Assembly (NCBI GenBank): GCA_963727825.1
Contig: CAVSHO010000011.1
Coordinates: 32,001 to 96,000 of the forward strand
Length of the DNA: 64,000 bases
From: Ignavibacteriota bacterium
GTDB lineage: Bacteria > Bacteroidota > Ignavibacteria > UBA10030
Direction of reading: 5' to 3'
Under the pieces are notes generated by a model. That model was not told where the DNA came from. It saw nothing but the letters and a program-made list of their open reading frames with translations, and did not search any database. Positions within the stretch are counted from its first letter, which is position 1. Each line of letters opens with the position of its first letter. Positions 60,353-64,000 of the stretch are shown here, piece by piece. The translations under genes were made by a program, and so were the position numbers.

Positions 60353-61347
60353 TCATGGAAAATCACATTAAAAAATATGATGTAAAAAAAATTGATAGAA
60401 ATTTTTTAATTGAACTCCTGGAAAAAATGTGCTTGATAAGGAGATTCGAAGAGACATCTGCAAAAATGTACGGTTTAAGAAAGATCGGGGGATTCCTTCA
60501 CTTATATATTGGTCAGGAAGCGGTTGCGGTAGGCGCTGTAAGTGCAATTGATCTAAAAAAAGACGCTGTTTTCACTGCCTACCGCGATCACGGTTATGCC
60601 ATAGCATGCGGTTCAAACATAAATGCCCTGATGGCAGAACTCTTCGGCAAGGCATCAGGAATTTCAAAGGGTAAGGGCGGATCAATGCATTTTTTTGACA
60701 TTAAAAACCATATGTATGGTGGGAACGGCATTGTTGGGGCACATATTCCTTTAGCAGCAGGTTATGCACTTAAAATTTCATATATGAATGAAGACGGAGT
60801 TGTTTTATGCATTTTCGGAGACGGAGCTATTCACCAGGGTACATTCCATGAAACCCTTAATATGGCGCGGCTCTGGGATCTTCCTGTTATTTTCATATGT
60901 GAAAACAATCAGTACGGCATGGGAACATTTTATAAAAGGATCTCAAGCATCGATGATTTCACAATTATGGCAAAATCATATAATATGATAGGATTATCTA
61001 TTGATGGTATGAATGTTCTTACTGTTTATTCTGAATTAATTGATATTATACAAAAAGTGAGAAAAGAAAAAAATCCTGTTTTTCTGGAAATAAAAACATA
61101 TAGATATAAAGGCCATTCCATAAGCGATCCAGGGCAGTACAGAACCAAAAAGGAGCTGGAAGCATATAAGGAGCTTGATCCAATTCTGATCCTTAAAAAT
61201 GATCTTATGAAAAATAATATTATAGACGAAGCTGGATACGAGGAAATTGACAAAAAATGCAGAGAAAGGGTTGATGAATCCGTCAAGTTTGCCGAGAATG
61301 CTGATGAACCAGATCTGGGTGCTATCTATGAAGATATTCTTGCTTAG
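60349..61347 (+). CDS. pdhA: Pyruvate dehydrogenase E1 alpha
   Basis: GGFLHLYIGQEA, YRDHG, GKGGSMH, GDGA..N TPP motif, TYRYKGHS. Confidence 0.93.
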   Translation: MIMENHIKKYDVKKIDRNFLIELLEKMCLIRRFEETSAKMYGLRKIGGFLHLYIGQEAVAVGAVSAIDLKKDAVFTAYRDHGYAIACGSNINALMAELFGKASGISKGKGGSMHFFDIKNHMYGGNGIVGAHIPLAAGYALKISYMNEDGVVLCIFGDGAIHQGTFHETLNMARLWDLPVIFICENNQYGMGTFYKRISSIDDFTIMAKSYNMIGLSIDGMNVLTVYSELIDIIQKVRKEKNPVFLEIKTYRYKGHSISDPGQYRTKKELEAYKELDPILILKNDLMKNNIIDEAGYEEIDKKCRERVDESVKFAENADEPDLGAIYEDILA

Positions 61348-61359
61348 AAGGAGGGCTGA

Positions 61360-62340
61360 GTGGCTATAATAACAATGAGAGAAGCAATAAGGCAGGCAAT
61401 CGATGAAGAAATGGCGTTTGATCAAAATGTGATTTTAATAGGCGAGGAAGTTGCCTTATATCAGGGTGCATATAAGGTTTCAAAAGGGCTTTATGAGAAG
61501 TATGGCGGAAAAAGAGTCATAGACACGCCCATCACTGAAGAAGGATTTGCAGGTATAGGAATCGGAGCTGCAATCGCTGGATTAAGACCAATCGTGGAAT
61601 TCATGACCTTCAATTTTTCTATTCAGGCACTTGATCAGATCATAAACAATGCTTCAAAAATGTTTCATATGTCGGGCGGTCAAATAAATGTTCCGATCGT
61701 GTTCAGAGGACCGAATGGTCCTGCAGAATATCTTGCGAGCCAGCATTCTCAAGCGCTGCAGACGCTCTTTGCTCATATTCCGGGATTAAAAGTAGTAAGC
61801 CCGTCAACTCCATACGACGCAAAGGGACTTTTAAAAAGTTCCATCAGGGACAATAATCCTGTTATTTTTTTGGAAAGCGAGCTCATGTATGCGTGGGAAG
61901 GCGAAGTACCCGGCAACGAATATTTAATTGAAATTGGAAAAGCCGAAATAAAAAAAGAAGGCAAAGATGTATCAATTATAACTTACGGAAGACCAATTAA
62001 GCTGGTGAATCAGGCATCTGAAATATTAACTAAAGAAGGAATTGATGTCGAAATAATCGATGTCCGCACAATAAGGCCTCTTGATGAAAAAAAGATTTAT
62101 AAATCAATTGCAAAAACTAATAGGTGCGTAATAGTCGACGAATCATGGCCTTTCTGCAGTGTGGCTTCATATATCGGATATCTTGTAAGTAGAAATTCAT
62201 TCGATTATCTGGACTGCCCTGTTGAGATTGTCACCTCGGAAGATGTGCCCATGCCTTACAGTCATAAACTTGAACTTGCTGTTCAGCCTTCAGTAGAAAA
62301 AATTGTTTACGCTGTAAAAAATGTTCTCTATAAATCGTAG
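61360..62340 (+). CDS. pdhB: Pyruvate dehydrogenase E1 beta
   Basis: DTPITE, VEFMTFNF, FRGPNG, QHSQ, TIRPLD. Confidence 0.93.
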   Translation: MAIITMREAIRQAIDEEMAFDQNVILIGEEVALYQGAYKVSKGLYEKYGGKRVIDTPITEEGFAGIGIGAAIAGLRPIVEFMTFNFSIQALDQIINNASKMFHMSGGQINVPIVFRGPNGPAEYLASQHSQALQTLFAHIPGLKVVSPSTPYDAKGLLKSSIRDNNPVIFLESELMYAWEGEVPGNEYLIEIGKAEIKKEGKDVSIITYGRPIKLVNQASEILTKEGIDVEIIDVRTIRPLDEKKIYKSIAKTNRCVIVDESWPFCSVASYIGYLVSRNSFDYLDCPVEIVTSEDVPMPYSHKLELAVQPSVEKIVYAVKNVLYKS

Positions 62341-62350
62341 GAGGAATGAA

Positions 62351-63568
62351 GTGGCTGATTTTATAAGAATGATCGCTTTATCCCCGACAATGGAAGAAGG
62401 AACGATAATCAAATGGAATGCCATTGTCGGCGAGAAGATTACGGCCGGCAGAGTAATCTGCGAAGTCGAGACCGATAAAGCTTCTATGGAATACGAAGCT
62501 ACCGATGATGGATTTCTACTTGAGATACTTGTAAAGGAAGGGGAAATTGCAAAAATTGGAGATTCGATTGCAATTATCGGCGAAAAGGATGACGACATAA
62601 CAGAATTCAGGAAAAAAGCTTCGATCAGTTTATCTGAAGAAAAGGAAATCAAGGTTGAAGAGAAGAAAGCTGAAAAGAAGCAAGATGAGAAAGAGCCAGT
62701 TTTAGTAAACAGAATAAAAATATCACCGCTTGCAAAAAGTCTGGCTTCAAAAAACAATATAAACATAAATAGTATTTCAGGTTCTGGAACGGGTGGACGG
62801 ATAATAAAGGAAGATGTTGAAAAATTATTGTCCGGCAAAACGGGAACAATCGCGGCCAAATATGAAAAAGGAATAGTCAGGCCTGAGAATAAAGAAATAG
62901 AAATTACCAATAAGAAAAGAGTGATAGCAGAAAAGCTTTCAAAATCAAAATTCAGTGCACCCCATTTCTATGTAAAAATGAAAGTCATATGTGAAAACTT
63001 GCTAAGGACAAGGGAAAAGCTCAACCTTGAGGAGAAAATAAATAAGCTTTCATTAAACGCATTTCTCATAAAATTAGCAGCGGAATCGATTAAAAAACAT
63101 CCAATTATTAACTCCTCATGGATGGGTGAAAAAATTCTCCAGCACGGTTCGATTGATATAGGCATTGCAGTGGCTCTAGAAGACGGTCTTATTGTTCCAA
63201 TAGTCAAAGACTGCGGAAATAAGGGAATAAGTCAGATCGATTCTGAATTGAAGATATTGGTTGATAAGGCAAGAAATAATACGATAACACTTGATGAAAT
63301 CACAGGTGCAACTTTTACTATCAGCAATCTCGGTTCTTATGATGTTGATGAATTCACGGCGATAATAAATCCGCCGGGTTCTGCAATATTAGCTGTCGGC
63401 AGAGCATCGAGGGAAGTTATTGTAAACGAAAATTCCCAAATGGAAATTAAAAGGGTAATTAATTTTACATTGTCATGTGATCACAGGATAATAGACGGAG
63501 CAAGAGCTGCAATGTTCTTGAAGACATTCAAGGAGAATATAGAATTTCCTATAAATAGTCTTTTATGA
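62351..63568 (+). CDS. pdhC: Pyruvate dehydrogenase E2 dihydrolipoamide acetyltransferase
   Basis: LSPTMEEG, ETDKA lipoyl-Lys, GSGTGGRI, TFTISNLG, DHRIIDG; GTG start after GGAGGA. Confidence 0.92.
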   Translation: MADFIRMIALSPTMEEGTIIKWNAIVGEKITAGRVICEVETDKASMEYEATDDGFLLEILVKEGEIAKIGDSIAIIGEKDDDITEFRKKASISLSEEKEIKVEEKKAEKKQDEKEPVLVNRIKISPLAKSLASKNNININSISGSGTGGRIIKEDVEKLLSGKTGTIAAKYEKGIVRPENKEIEITNKKRVIAEKLSKSKFSAPHFYVKMKVICENLLRTREKLNLEEKINKLSLNAFLIKLAAESIKKHPIINSSWMGEKILQHGSIDIGIAVALEDGLIVPIVKDCGNKGISQIDSELKILVDKARNNTITLDEITGATFTISNLGSYDVDEFTAIINPPGSAILAVGRASREVIVNENSQMEIKRVINFTLSCDHRIIDGARAAMFLKTFKENIEFPINSLL

Positions 63569-63613
63569 ACTATAACCTTTAATGAATATCAAGTGCTTAT
63601 TATAGGAATTCCT

Positions 63614-63991
63614 ATGGTTTATCAATATGATGTAGCGGTAATTGGATCGGGTCCGGGCGGGTATGTCGCTGCTATAAGGGCAGTTGGGGTTAAAAATGAT
63701 AGTGAATGAAAAAGGGGAAGTCGGCGGTGTTTGTTTAAACTGGGGGTGCATTCCGTCCAAAGCAATAATTAATCGGGCAAAAATATTTTCATCGATACCC
63801 GACCTTGAAAATATTGGAATAAAAGTAAACCGGCTACTTTCAATTATGAAGCGGTACATGACAAATCGAGAATTGCTGCAGATCGACTTTCAAAAGGCGT
63901 TTCTTTTTTACTAAAAAAAAATAAAGTCGATCTTGTTTCAGGAAATGCAAAAATAATTGAACATAAGCTAAGAGACAATTTGAGATGTTAA
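63614..63991 (+). pseudogene. lpdA: Dihydrolipoamide dehydrogenase (E3), two frameshifts and apparent truncation
   Basis: YDVAVIGSGPGGYVAAIRA / GGVCLNWGCIPSKA / LSKGVSFLLKKNKV are separated by frameshifts; stop soon after GNAKIIE. Confidence 0.8.
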
Positions 63992-64000
63992 TTGCGAAAA

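Overview
Bacterial DNA, most likely from an Ignavibacteria/Bacteroidota-type genome (inferred from many proteins ending in the QNYPNPFNP secretion-tail motif and Bacteroidota-style TonB receptors). From left to right: (1) a multi-PAS histidine kinase running off the window start plus a REC-only response regulator; (2) envelope modules: HYC_CC_PP/HMA/TonB-receptor metal module, YceI-porin-YceI, three tandem secreted arylsulfotransferase (ASST)-like genes, sodC, TBDR+DUF4249; (3) a ~15 kb chaperone-usher-like operon (three DUF4402 pilin-like genes, PapD-like chaperone, 2928-aa adhesin with a T9SS-type tail, usher-like protein with a Pro-rich repeat and SPOR tail) with sigma54-like promoter motifs; (4) mgtA; (5) an ~11 kb integron-type cassette array without an integrase in the window (CALIN-like), with unusually long attC sites invaded by nested micro-palindromes, whose last cassette is a B1-like metallo-beta-lactamase with Gly at the His116 position, next to a tRNA 3' fragment; (6) an ASST pseudogene and a visibly AT-rich lplA-pdhABC-lpdA' cluster. 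Several single-base frameshifts could be real decay or assembly error. All product calls come from motif recognition by eye, not database searches.
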